Below the pieces are notes generated by a model. It saw nothing but the letters and a program-made list of their open reading frames with translations. It had not been told where the DNA came from and ran no database searches. Shown one piece after another: positions 10,100 through 18,993 of a stretch of DNA of 64,000 nt (positions are counted from its first letter, which is position 1; the number at the start of each line of letters is the position of its first letter). The position numbers were made by a program, and so were the translations under genes. This DNA is from an uncultured Planctomycetales bacterium (lineage in GTDB: Bacteria > Omnitrophota > Gorgyraeia > Zapsychrales > Aceulaceae). The stretch lies in contig CAZAOD010000001.1 of the NCBI GenBank assembly GCA_964486675.1, positions 5,683-69,682 on the forward strand. Direction: 5' to 3'.

Positions 10100-10456
10100 A
10101 TGGCAGAGAGATTCGATCAGCGTGAGTTTGTCCGTGTCCCAGATTGTTCCGATGTTGTCTATACGCCTATTTCGTCAGGCAAAAAGACAAAAAGCGAGAT
10201 CAAAGATATCAGCCAGGCAGGGATCTGCTTTATCTCAGAAGAAAAGCTTGAACCCGGAGCCACTATCGATCTGACGCTCACCTTGGAAAAGATCGGATTT
10301 TCTTTTGTCGCGCAGGGGGTCGTGAGATGGGTCAATGAAGTTGTGAAGAATAGGCGCTACGAGGTCGGTATCAAGTTCGTTGATCTTCCCGATCAAGATA
10401 TACGTCGTTTGCTTAATTATATGAATTCCATGAAAAAGTTTGATAGTTATCGGTAA
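10100..10456 (+). CDS. PilZ-domain c-di-GMP-binding protein (stand-alone, 118 aa)
   Basis: An N-terminal R..EFVR (RxxxR-like) and a DISQAGICF (DxSxxG) motif pair, preceded by a GAGGT ribosome-binding site. Confidence 0.65.
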   Translation: MAERFDQREFVRVPDCSDVVYTPISSGKKTKSEIKDISQAGICFISEEKLEPGATIDLTLTLEKIGFSFVAQGVVRWVNEVVKNRRYEVGIKFVDLPDQDIRRLLNYMNSMKKFDSYR

Positions 10457-10507
10457 GATGTTCAGCGCCCTGCCTTTTTTGGCTGCATTTTCTAGAGATT
10501 TATTCGT

Positions 10508-10536
10508 TTGACGCTCTTTTTAAACTATGCTAAAAT
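10508..10536 (+). promoter_or_regulatory. sigma70-type promoter TTGACG-17-TAAAAT with an extended -10 (TGc)
   Basis: It lies in the 147-bp gap between the PilZ gene and the heptose kinase gene. The -35 box is at 10508-10513 and the -10 box at 10531-10536, with TG at 10528-10529. Confidence 0.45.
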
Positions 10537-10603
10537 CGGCTCTTTAGTTGAGTCTTAAGAGAGCAAATTTGTCCTCCTTGCCGTATTAATACTTATAATA
10601 ATT

Positions 10604-11632
10604 ATGATCAATTTTCCAACACATATCATTTCTCGCTTCCGCGGAAAGAAGATCTTGGTCATCGGTGACATTATTTTGGACCAATATATCCATGGCGCCG
10701 TTGAAAGGATCTCTCCGGAAGCGCCTGTACCTGTTGTGCTGCAGGAGGGAGAGGCGCGCTTTACCCCAGGCGGCGCCGCCAATGTGGCCAACAATTTGAG
10801 CAGTTTAGGCGCGCGTGTTGTTCTCTCTGGTCAAGTAGGAGACGATCTAGAGGCGAGGATCCTGTATCGGGAGTTTAAAAAGCGCTGCGTTGGCACGGCG
10901 GGATTGATCAAAGATCTTAATGGCATGACGTCTTTAAAGACTCGCATCATTGCTCAGCACCAACAGGTGGTCCGTGTTGATCGAGAAAATGGGTCTGGCG
11001 TAAGCCCCGAAGCGAGTCAAAAGATCCTCGCGTTCATTGAGAAGAATTTCCATAAGTTCGACGCGATCATTTTGTCAGATTACGGTAAAGGTGTTATCAC
11101 AAGGGACCTTGTCCGTCGAGTCTGCGCACTAAAGCGCCGGCACCATACGATCGTTACTGTTGATCCTAAGGTGGAGCATTTTAACTACTATCACCAGGCC
11201 ACGTGCATAACGCCAAATCGAAAAGAGACTGAAAACGCGATCCGTAATATTATCATCACGCATGAAAAAGGGCGTCAGCTCAAGATCAGGAACGACAAGC
11301 TAAAGACCATCAAAGATGTTCGTTTGGCTGGACAAGAAATATTGAATTATTTGAATCTGGAATCTTTGCTTGTGACCTTGGGTGAGCAAGGGATGTGTCT
11401 TTTCCAGAAAGGCCAAGAGCCTTTTTTAATAGCCACAAAAGCTAAAGAAGTTTTTGATGTTACAGGCGCAGGGGATACGGTTATTTCTGTTTTTACGTTG
11501 AGCCTAGCAGCGGGGGCTTCTAAGCAGGAGGCCGCGATCCTTGCGAACTATGCCGCAGGCGTTGTTGTCGGGAAAACCGGAGCTGTCGCGGTGACTCCTA
11601 ATGAAATTTTAGCTGCTATGACAGAGAGTTAA
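10604..11632 (+). CDS. hldA: D-glycero-beta-D-manno-heptose-7-phosphate kinase (HldE domain I only; HldA-like monofunctional kinase)
   Basis: ILVIGDIILDQYIHG..ISPEAPVPVV..PGGAANVANN and a C-terminal DVTGAGDT pfkB-family motif. At 342 aa there is no adenylyltransferase domain. Confidence 0.8.
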   Translation: MINFPTHIISRFRGKKILVIGDIILDQYIHGAVERISPEAPVPVVLQEGEARFTPGGAANVANNLSSLGARVVLSGQVGDDLEARILYREFKKRCVGTAGLIKDLNGMTSLKTRIIAQHQQVVRVDRENGSGVSPEASQKILAFIEKNFHKFDAIILSDYGKGVITRDLVRRVCALKRRHHTIVTVDPKVEHFNYYHQATCITPNRKETENAIRNIIITHEKGRQLKIRNDKLKTIKDVRLAGQEILNYLNLESLLVTLGEQGMCLFQKGQEPFLIATKAKEVFDVTGAGDTVISVFTLSLAAGASKQEAAILANYAAGVVVGKTGAVAVTPNEILAAMTES

Positions 11633-11636
11633 TACT

Positions 11637-12377
11637 ATGAAAGCTATTGGTGTTATTCCTGCTCGATACGGTTCTACGCGTCTTAAGGCAAAAGTGTTAG
11701 CGGATATTCTCGGAAAGCCTTTGATCCAGCATGTGTGGGAGGGGGCAAGGCGTTCGCAGTACCTTGATGATCTTTATGTGGCAACGGATGATGAACGTGT
11801 TAAGGTTGTCTGTGAAGGGTTTGGAGCAAAGGTTGTAATGACAAGCCCTGATTGTCAGTCGGGATCTGATCGCGTCATTGATGTGATCAAAGACATGAGC
11901 GCCGCGCATGTTCTTAATATCCAAGGTGATGAACCTTTGATCGATGGCAGCATTATCGATGGGCTTATTGCGGCCTTAAGAAAAGAAAAAGAGGCGCCTG
12001 TCGCGACGGTTATTAAACCTATCGTCAAAGAAGAAGACTTGAGTAATCCTAACATCGTTAAGGTTGTTGTTGACAGAAAAGGATATGCGCTTTATTTTTC
12101 GCGTTCTACGATCCCTTTTAACCGAGAGGCGGCAAGCTTTTCGACTCTTAAATATTACAAGCATTTAGGGATCTATGCGTATCAAAAAAGTTTTTTAATG
12201 AGCTTTAAGAAATTGCCTCGCTCGATTCTTGAGGAGACCGAAAAGCTGGAGCAGTTGCGCGTCCTGGAGGCGGGATACAAGATCAAGACAACGCTGACAG
12301 ACAGAGAGACGTTGAGTGTTGATACGGCTGAAGACCTGGACAAGGTCAAGGCGTTTTTGCGAAAGGTTAAGAAATGA
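11637..12377 (+). CDS. kdsB: 3-deoxy-manno-octulosonate cytidylyltransferase (CMP-Kdo synthetase)
   Basis: IGVIPARYGSTRL..GKPLI..; typical KdsB length of 246 aa. Confidence 0.85.
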   Translation: MKAIGVIPARYGSTRLKAKVLADILGKPLIQHVWEGARRSQYLDDLYVATDDERVKVVCEGFGAKVVMTSPDCQSGSDRVIDVIKDMSAAHVLNIQGDEPLIDGSIIDGLIAALRKEKEAPVATVIKPIVKEEDLSNPNIVKVVVDRKGYALYFSRSTIPFNREAASFSTLKYYKHLGIYAYQKSFLMSFKKLPRSILEETEKLEQLRVLEAGYKIKTTLTDRETLSVDTAEDLDKVKAFLRKVKK

Positions 12378-13204
12378 GTACGATCGTTTCGACAGGAAAC
12401 ATCAAGATGGGCGGGTCGAATCCTTTTGTTTTGATCGCAGGGCCATGCGTGATCGAGGGGCGAACATTCGCGCTACGTCTTGCGAGTGATCTAAAGGCGA
12501 TCGCGCGCGAGGTAGGTGTGCCTTTTATTTTCAAGGCAAGTTATGATAAGGCCAATAGAACATCTTTGAATTCTTTCCGCGGTCCAGGGCTTTTAAAAGG
12601 GCTTGCAGTTTTGCACGATATTAAAGAACGTATTGGCGTTCCGATTCTCAGCGATGTCCACGGCGTGGATGAGGTCGCGGAGGCGGCGAATGTGCTGGAC
12701 ATTATTCAGATCCCTGCTTTTTTATGCCGTCAAACAGACCTAATTGTTGCTGCGGCTCAAACACGTAAGATCGTTAATGTCAAGAAAGGACAGTTTTTAG
12801 CTCCTTGGGATATCGGGCAGGTCATTAAAAAGATTGAGTCTCAGGGAAACAAAAAGATCCTTTTGACAGAGCGAGGCGTGACCTTTGGCTACAACAATCT
12901 TGTGAGTGATTTTCGTTCTGTTGAGATCATGAAGAGTACAGGTTATCCTGTTATTTATGACGCTACCCATAGTGTTCAGCAGCCAGGCGGCAAAGGGGAT
13001 CAATCTGGCGGCAACAGTGAATATGTGCCCTTGCTCTCGCGCTGCGCTGTTGCGGCTGGAATTTCCGCTCTCTTTCTGGAGGTCCATCCTCATCCTAAGC
13101 AAGCCTTGTCGGACGGGCCTAATTCCTTGCCTTTGTCCAAGCTCAAAGGGTTGTTGCGAGGCTTAAAACAGATCGATCGTGTTGTCAAACAACGTTTTCA
13201 TTAA
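12374..13204 (+). CDS. kdsA: 2-dehydro-3-deoxyphosphooctonate aldolase (Kdo-8-P synthase)
   Basis: FVLIAGPCVIE..FKASYDKANRTS..; ATGA overlap with kdsB. Confidence 0.85.
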   Translation: MSTIVSTGNIKMGGSNPFVLIAGPCVIEGRTFALRLASDLKAIAREVGVPFIFKASYDKANRTSLNSFRGPGLLKGLAVLHDIKERIGVPILSDVHGVDEVAEAANVLDIIQIPAFLCRQTDLIVAAAQTRKIVNVKKGQFLAPWDIGQVIKKIESQGNKKILLTERGVTFGYNNLVSDFRSVEIMKSTGYPVIYDATHSVQQPGGKGDQSGGNSEYVPLLSRCAVAAGISALFLEVHPHPKQALSDGPNSLPLSKLKGLLRGLKQIDRVVKQRFH

Positions 13205-13212
13205 AGGAAAAT

Positions 13213-14172
13213 ATGGTATTGCAAAGAGCAAAAAGTGTTATTACCGCTGAGCTTGAGGCTATTAGCCAACTAAAAGAAAGGTTAGGGTCAGAGTTCGTTG
13301 ATGCGGTCGACATGCTGGCGAAATGTAAAGGGCGGGTGATCGTTTGCGGCATGGGAAAAACAGGTCTGATCGGACGTAAGATCGCGGCCACTCTTTCTTC
13401 GACGGGAACTCCGTCTTTTTGGTTGCATTCTGCTGAAGCGCTGCATGGGGACCTTGGGCAGGTAACAAAGATCGATGTCATGATCCTGATCTCTCACAGT
13501 GGCGAAACTGATGAAACGAAAAGCTTGCTGCCGCTGCTGAAAAAGATCGGCATCAAATCGATCGCGATCACCGGCAACCCCCGTTCATCTTTAGGCCGCT
13601 ACTGTGATATTGTCTTGAATGTCGCTGTTAAAAAAGAAGGATGCCCTCTAGGCCTTGCGCCCATGGCGTCGACAACGGCCACCTTGGTGATTGGAGACGC
13701 GCTGGCGGCATGCTTGATCGATAAAAAGAATTTTAGGCGAGAAGATTTTGCTTTTTATCACCCCGGAGGATCCTTAGGCAGGAATCTTTTGCTTCGCGTC
13801 GCAGATATCATGCGCACAGGCTCTCAATATGCTAAGGTCAAGCCTTCTTCATCCGTCAAGGATGTCCTTTTCGCGATCACGAAAGCCCGCTGTGGCTCTG
13901 CGTGCGTTATCGATCCGAAGGGAAAGCTTGTGGGGATCTTTACGGATGGGGATTTACGTCGTCATTTAAAGAACGGATCCCTTTTTCTGCAGCAAAAAGT
14001 TGAAATGGTTATGACCAAAGATCCAGCAACGATCGCGCAGGATCATCTTGCCGCTGAAGCCATGTGCTTGTTGCAGCAGCGTCGTATCGATGAGGTTCCT
14101 GTCGTGGATGAAAAAGGAAAATCTGTTGGCTTGCTTGATGTTCAGGATTTATTAAAAGCGGGGATCGTCTAA
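13213..14172 (+). CDS. kdsD: arabinose-5-phosphate isomerase KdsD/GutQ (SIS plus tandem CBS domains)
   Basis: The SIS motif VIVCGMGKTG..SHSGET followed by CBS-like repeats; gene order kdsD-kdsC-lptC-lptB. Confidence 0.8.
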   Translation: MVLQRAKSVITAELEAISQLKERLGSEFVDAVDMLAKCKGRVIVCGMGKTGLIGRKIAATLSSTGTPSFWLHSAEALHGDLGQVTKIDVMILISHSGETDETKSLLPLLKKIGIKSIAITGNPRSSLGRYCDIVLNVAVKKEGCPLGLAPMASTTATLVIGDALAACLIDKKNFRREDFAFYHPGGSLGRNLLLRVADIMRTGSQYAKVKPSSSVKDVLFAITKARCGSACVIDPKGKLVGIFTDGDLRRHLKNGSLFLQQKVEMVMTKDPATIAQDHLAAEAMCLLQQRRIDEVPVVDEKGKSVGLLDVQDLLKAGIV

Positions 14173-14702
14173 TGAAGCTCAGCGCAGCGCTGAAAGCAAG
14201 AATGAAGAATATCAAGGTTTTAGCCATGGATGTTGATGGCGTGCTGACCAATGGCCAATTGATCTTTGATGGGCAAGGGCGAGAACTCAAAAGTTTTAAT
14301 GTCCAAGACGGGTTTGGTATTGTCATTCTTAAGCGTGCCGGTATCAAGACGGCGATCATCACGGCAGGCAATTCCAAGGTCGTCAAGGTCCGGGCAGATT
14401 ATCTTCATATCGATAGATTATATTCAGGTGTTTATCCCAAGATGACAGCCTACGAGCATATGCTAAAAGAATTTAAGGTTGTGGACGCTCAGGTTTGTTT
14501 TATCGGTGACGATATCACGGATTGTCAGATTCTTAAGCGTGCCGGATTGGGCATTGCTGTTCGTAATGCTGTTGCTGAGGCAAAGAGCGCTGCTGATGGG
14601 GTGACGACGCGTTGCGGCGGTGATGGAGCTGTGCGGGAAGTGATCGAGCTTTTGTTGAAAGCAAAAGGTTTGTGGACGAAGGTCGTTGCTGGCGACCTGT
14701 AG
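14172..14702 (+). CDS. kdsC: Kdo-8-phosphate phosphatase KdsC (HAD family)
   Basis: LAMDVDGVLTNG..FIGDDITD HAD motifs, 176 aa, 1-nt overlap with the kdsD stop. Confidence 0.8.
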   Translation: MKLSAALKARMKNIKVLAMDVDGVLTNGQLIFDGQGRELKSFNVQDGFGIVILKRAGIKTAIITAGNSKVVKVRADYLHIDRLYSGVYPKMTAYEHMLKEFKVVDAQVCFIGDDITDCQILKRAGLGIAVRNAVAEAKSAADGVTTRCGGDGAVREVIELLLKAKGLWTKVVAGDL

Positions 14703-14718
14703 CTTCAAGAGGTGCTTG

Positions 14719-15555
14719 ATGAAAAAGAATATCCTGTTTCTTATCATCTTTGCAAGCGGGATCTTTTTTGCCTGTCCGTTGCTGGCTCAAACTGATAGCC
14801 AGCAGATGGAAGGATTTAACTTATCCGGTTACGGGGATGGCGGTCAGAAGTCTTGGGATTTAAAAGGATCAACGGCGGATATTCAGAATAATGAAATTAA
14901 TATCACGGATGTTGACGCAAATTCTTATGGCGAAGAGGATATGAATGTCACCGCAAAGAAAGGGCGCATCGATAAGCAAAGCGGGGACATGAAGCTTCAG
15001 GAGGATGTCGTTGTAACAACCTCTGGCGGGATCAAGATGATCACGGATACTCTCAATTGGCAGAAAAAAGAAGACTTGATCACGACTGATGACAAAGTGA
15101 CCATCGTGCGAGAAAACATGATTGCCATTGGACAGGGGGCTGTTGCCCAGCCAGGCCTTAATAAAGCTAAGCTGAATGAGGATGTTTCAGTAGAGTATAA
15201 GCCTAAGGCCAATGACGCTATGGAGGGAGAAATTACCATTACCTCTGATGGCCCGATGGAGGTCGACTATGAGGGTCAAACAGCTGTTTTTCAGGACAAC
15301 GTGATCGCTGTTCAAGGTGATCGACGATTGATGGCGGATAAAATGGAGCTTTTTTTCGATTCTGAAAAAAAGCAGATCAAGCAGATGATCTGCACGGGTA
15401 ATGTGCTGATCGTTCAAGGAGAAAATACTTCTTTTTCCGATAAAGCTGTGTATGAGGCAGGAAGCAAAAAGATCAAACTTTACGGACGGCCGAAGTTGTT
15501 ACTGTATATGGATAACAAGGAAAAAAAAGATAGCCATGTACCTTCTGGAAGCTAA
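14719..15555 (+). CDS. LptC/LptA-like (OstA-fold) LPS transport protein with an N-terminal membrane anchor, apparently a compact LptC-LptA hybrid
   Basis: The N-terminal TM/signal is MKKNILFLIIFASGIFFACPLLA. The first half resembles LptC and the second half LptA (TAVFQDNVIAVQGDRRLMADKMELF..GNVLIVQGENTSFSDKAVYEAG..KLYGRPKL). It lies between kdsC and lptB, with ATG at 14719 after an AAGAGGTG ribosome-binding site. Confidence 0.6.
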   Translation: MKKNILFLIIFASGIFFACPLLAQTDSQQMEGFNLSGYGDGGQKSWDLKGSTADIQNNEINITDVDANSYGEEDMNVTAKKGRIDKQSGDMKLQEDVVVTTSGGIKMITDTLNWQKKEDLITTDDKVTIVRENMIAIGQGAVAQPGLNKAKLNEDVSVEYKPKANDAMEGEITITSDGPMEVDYEGQTAVFQDNVIAVQGDRRLMADKMELFFDSEKKQIKQMICTGNVLIVQGENTSFSDKAVYEAGSKKIKLYGRPKLLLYMDNKEKKDSHVPSGS

Positions 15556-16258
15556 GAACTTAGTCAAAGCATATGGCGGCCGACGGGTCGTTAATAATCT
15601 CAGCATTTCGATCGGCCGCTCTGAGATCGTCGGCTTGCTGGGGCCTAACGGCGCTGGCAAGACAACAACGTTTTATATGGCAGTCGGCATTATCCGTCCT
15701 GATGAGGGACAGGTTCTTTTTGACCAGGAAGATATTACTCATAAGCCTATCCATGACCGTTGTCATTTAGGCATTGGTTATCTGGCTCAGGAGCCGTCGA
15801 TCTTTCGGAAGTTGACGGTTGAAGAAAATATCATGCTTATTTTAGAAACATTGAGTATTTCCCCGAGGGAACGCAGGCGCCGCTTAAGCAATCTATTAGA
15901 AGAGCTAAATATTGGACATTTAGCAAAAAGTAAAGCTTATACGCTTTCAGGAGGCGAAAGGCGCCGGCTCGAGATCACGCGGGCACTTGTGACTAATCCA
16001 TCATTTTTATTGCTTGATGAACCCTTCTCGGGGATTGACCCGATCGTTGTTGCTGAAGCTCAGGAGATCATTAAAGATCTTCGAGGCAGGGGGCTGGGGA
16101 TCTTATTAACCGACCACAATGTGCGTGAAACATTATCGATCACCGACAGAGCATATCTGGTTGCTGATGGTCAGATCTTGATATCAGGAACAGCGGATGA
16201 TCTTGTTAACAATCCACGGGCGAGACAGATCTATCTTGGCGAAAAATTTCGCATGTAA
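15536..16258 (+). CDS. lptB: LPS export ABC transporter ATP-binding protein LptB
   Basis: Walker A GPNGAGKTT, the ABC signature LSGGERRRLEI, 241 aa, follows the lptC/A-like gene. Confidence 0.85.
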   Translation: MYLLEAKNLVKAYGGRRVVNNLSISIGRSEIVGLLGPNGAGKTTTFYMAVGIIRPDEGQVLFDQEDITHKPIHDRCHLGIGYLAQEPSIFRKLTVEENIMLILETLSISPRERRRRLSNLLEELNIGHLAKSKAYTLSGGERRRLEITRALVTNPSFLLLDEPFSGIDPIVVAEAQEIIKDLRGRGLGILLTDHNVRETLSITDRAYLVADGQILISGTADDLVNNPRARQIYLGEKFRM

Positions 16259-16293
16259 TAATAAAGTCGTTAAACAACTGAAGGAAAGGCAAG

Positions 16294-17205
16294 ATGATGA
16301 AAGTTGAAGTTAAGAAAGTGGACGCGACACGACGAGAACTGAGGTTCGAGGTCCCTAAGGATCGCGTCAGCCAGAGAATGGAAGAAGTCTATGGTGAAAT
16401 TTCAAAGGTCGCAAAAATTCGCGGATTTCGCCCTGGTAAAGCACCACGGCATTTAGTCGAGCAAGAGCACGGTAAGATCGCTCAAGAAAAAATGATGGAA
16501 CGGCTCATCCCTGAGGTATATCAAGAAGCCATCAAGAAAGAAAGTTTATCGCCGATCGATTTTCCAGATATCCACGATGTGCAGCTAAAGGACGGCACAT
16601 TGTTTTTTACTGCCAGTTTAGATATTCAGCCTGAGTTCGCGGTTAAAGATTACAAAGGGATCAAAGTGCAGAGGAAGTCAGCGCAAGTCAGCGACGAAGA
16701 GATCAATAAAACATTGGATTTCTTTAAAACTGCTCAAGGAAAAGAGAAAGAAGCAAAGATCGATGATGAGTTCGCTAAAGGATTAGGGTATCCTAGCTTA
16801 GAAGAACTCAAGACCTCGTTTAAGCGCCAGATGGAGCTGGAAAAGGATCGCCAAAATCGTGCGGACATTGAAAATCAGGTGATCGATTTTTTGATCAAAA
16901 ATACAAAATTGACCGTTCCCAAGACAACGATCGAGCGCCATTTACAGCGCTTGGTTGATAATGCCAAGCAGCGGTTTGAGCGGCAAAACGTGAAACCTGA
17001 AGAGATGGAAAAGCGCTTGGAGGAGTTCACGAAGAATATGCGTCCAAACGCTGAGCGGGATGTAAAAGCCTATTTTATTTTAGAGAAGATCGCTCAGCAG
17101 GAGCAAATGAAACTTGAAGAAGGGGAGAATGTCTTTCAGAAGGTCATTGGCTTTTTATTAAAAGAAGCTCAGTGGGAGGAGGCAAAAGAACATGGAAAAA
17201 AATAA
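16294..17205 (+). CDS. tig: trigger factor (N-terminal ribosome-binding and C-terminal chaperone domains; PPIase domain apparently absent)
   Basis: It has the GFRPGKAP ribosome-binding signature and lies immediately upstream of clpP. At 303 aa it is much shorter than the typical ~430 aa; in my alignment to E. coli TF the sequence jumps from the N-domain to the C-domain. Confidence 0.75.
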   Translation: MMKVEVKKVDATRRELRFEVPKDRVSQRMEEVYGEISKVAKIRGFRPGKAPRHLVEQEHGKIAQEKMMERLIPEVYQEAIKKESLSPIDFPDIHDVQLKDGTLFFTASLDIQPEFAVKDYKGIKVQRKSAQVSDEEINKTLDFFKTAQGKEKEAKIDDEFAKGLGYPSLEELKTSFKRQMELEKDRQNRADIENQVIDFLIKNTKLTVPKTTIERHLQRLVDNAKQRFERQNVKPEEMEKRLEEFTKNMRPNAERDVKAYFILEKIAQQEQMKLEEGENVFQKVIGFLLKEAQWEEAKEHGKK

Positions 17206-17797
17206 CCAGTTGTTAGTCCCGATCGTTGTTGAAAAATCTGGTCACGGGGAAAGGTCTTACGATATTTATTCCCGTCTTTTGAAAGAGCGCATTGTTTTTA
17301 TCGGAACCGCTATCGATGATAGCGTGGCCAATTTAATCATCGCGCAATTATTGTTCTTGCAGTCTGAAGACGCGACCAAAGATATCAGTGTCTATGTGAA
17401 CTCGCCAGGGGGCTCAGTGACAGCAGGATTGGCGATCTATGATACGATGCGTTTTTTGAAGCCACAGATCCGGACTTACTGCATCGGTCAGGCTGCCAGC
17501 ATGGGAGCTGTTCTTTTGACCGCCGGGACAAAGGGAAAAAGGTTCGCGCTTCCTTACGCGCGCATCATGATCCATCAGCCCTGGGGTGGTGCGCAGGGAA
17601 CAGCTAGCGATATCACGATCCAAGCGCGAGAGATCGAGCGGCTAAAGATCGATCTGATCAAGATCCTGTCTCAGCATACAGGCCAATCAGTGGAAAAGGT
17701 GACAGCGGACTCCGATAGAGACTTTTTTATGAGCGCGGAAGAAGCTAAAAAATATGGTTTGATCGATGAAGTGATCTATCATGGGGAGAATTCTTAA
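17192..17797 (+). CDS. clpP: ATP-dependent Clp protease proteolytic subunit
   Basis: Catalytic context GQAASMGA and MIHQP; 201 aa. Confidence 0.9.
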   Translation: MEKNNQLLVPIVVEKSGHGERSYDIYSRLLKERIVFIGTAIDDSVANLIIAQLLFLQSEDATKDISVYVNSPGGSVTAGLAIYDTMRFLKPQIRTYCIGQAASMGAVLLTAGTKGKRFALPYARIMIHQPWGGAQGTASDITIQAREIERLKIDLIKILSQHTGQSVEKVTADSDRDFFMSAEEAKKYGLIDEVIYHGENS

Positions 17798-17836
17798 CAG
17801 CATTTTATTCATTAGGTGAAGAAAGGAAGTTGTTGT

Positions 17837-18979
17837 ATGAAAAGAAATTTGTTATTGTCTCCAGGTCCATCGAAAGTCCCAGCAGAACTTTGTGAAGTGT
17901 TAGGCCGTCCGATCATCCATCATCGCACGCCTCAGTTTCAGGCGATCTTAAAAGAAGTTTTCGAGGGTCTTAAAAAGGTCCTGAAAACGCAGAATGATGT
18001 TTTTATTTTTGCCTCATCGGGAACAGGGGCGATGGAGGCAGCGGTCGCGAATTTGTTATCCGCAAAAGACAAGGCAATCACCGTTGAGGCTGGAAAATTT
18101 GGCGAACGATGGACTGAGCTTTGTAAGGCGTATGGCGTTGATGCAAAAGTCCTTAAGATCGCTTGGGGCAAAGCGGTACAGCCTGCTGCCATTCAAGAGA
18201 TCTTAGCCGCTGAGAAAGATGTCAAAGCGGTCTTTATCACCCTTTGCGAAACTTCTACAGCGACCATGCCTGATGTGAAAGCCATCGCGGATATCGTTAA
18301 GCAAACAAACGCTGTGCTCGTTGTTGACGCGATCAGCGGTTTAGGGCCGGATGCATTATTAACGGACGAATGGGGCGTGGACGTTGTTTGTTCAGCCTGT
18401 CATAAGGGTTTGATGCTGCCACCAGGAGTGTCTTTTATCAGCGTCAGCCCAAAGGCGATGAAGCTTGCGGAGCAATCGACAAGCCCGAAGTATTACTACA
18501 GTTTTAAAAAGTCAAAAAAGGCCGTAGAAAAAGCAGATACGCCTTTTACACCCGCGATCAATCTTGTCATGGCCTTGAATGAAAGTTTAAAGATGGTGAA
18601 CGCCAAGGGCATCGAGAACATGTGGCCTTATTATGCTAAGATGGCGAAGGCTGTGAGAGCGGCAGCAAAGGCAATAGGTTTGACGATCTTTGCTGATGAG
18701 GCCAACGCTTCTAACGCTGTGACGGCGATCAATGTTCCGCCAGGCATTGATGGAGAAAAACTCGTCAAGGCGATGCGCGATGTCCATGGCATCACAATGG
18801 CCGGAGGGCAAGGGGAAGAGCTCAAGGGTAAAGTTGTTCGTATCGCTCACATGGGCGCTGTTGATGAGTATGATATCTTAACAGGCATTGCTGTTTTGGA
18901 GAAGGCGTTGTGTGCGATGGGGTATAAATTTGAGCTTGGCGCAGGTGTTGCCGCTGCTCAGAAAGTGTTCAATAGCTAA
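17837..18979 (+). CDS. serC: class V (AGXT-type) aminotransferase, likely a phosphoserine aminotransferase
   Basis: LLSPGPS, FIFASSGTGAMEA and a PLP-lysine context SACHKGL; adjacent to serA. ATG 17837 is preferred (AAGGAAG ribosome-binding site); GTG 17816 is an alternative start. Confidence 0.7.
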   Translation: MKRNLLLSPGPSKVPAELCEVLGRPIIHHRTPQFQAILKEVFEGLKKVLKTQNDVFIFASSGTGAMEAAVANLLSAKDKAITVEAGKFGERWTELCKAYGVDAKVLKIAWGKAVQPAAIQEILAAEKDVKAVFITLCETSTATMPDVKAIADIVKQTNAVLVVDAISGLGPDALLTDEWGVDVVCSACHKGLMLPPGVSFISVSPKAMKLAEQSTSPKYYYSFKKSKKAVEKADTPFTPAINLVMALNESLKMVNAKGIENMWPYYAKMAKAVRAAAKAIGLTIFADEANASNAVTAINVPPGIDGEKLVKAMRDVHGITMAGGQGEELKGKVVRIAHMGAVDEYDILTGIAVLEKALCAMGYKFELGAGVAAAQKVFNS

Positions 18980-18993
18980 AATAAGAGGTTGTC

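Noticed and set aside
10457-10507. Possible terminator after the PilZ gene (CAGCGCCCTGCCTTTTTTGGCTG)
   Set aside because: Only a 4-bp stem can be drawn and the T-run would lie in the loop, so it is not a convincing intrinsic terminator.
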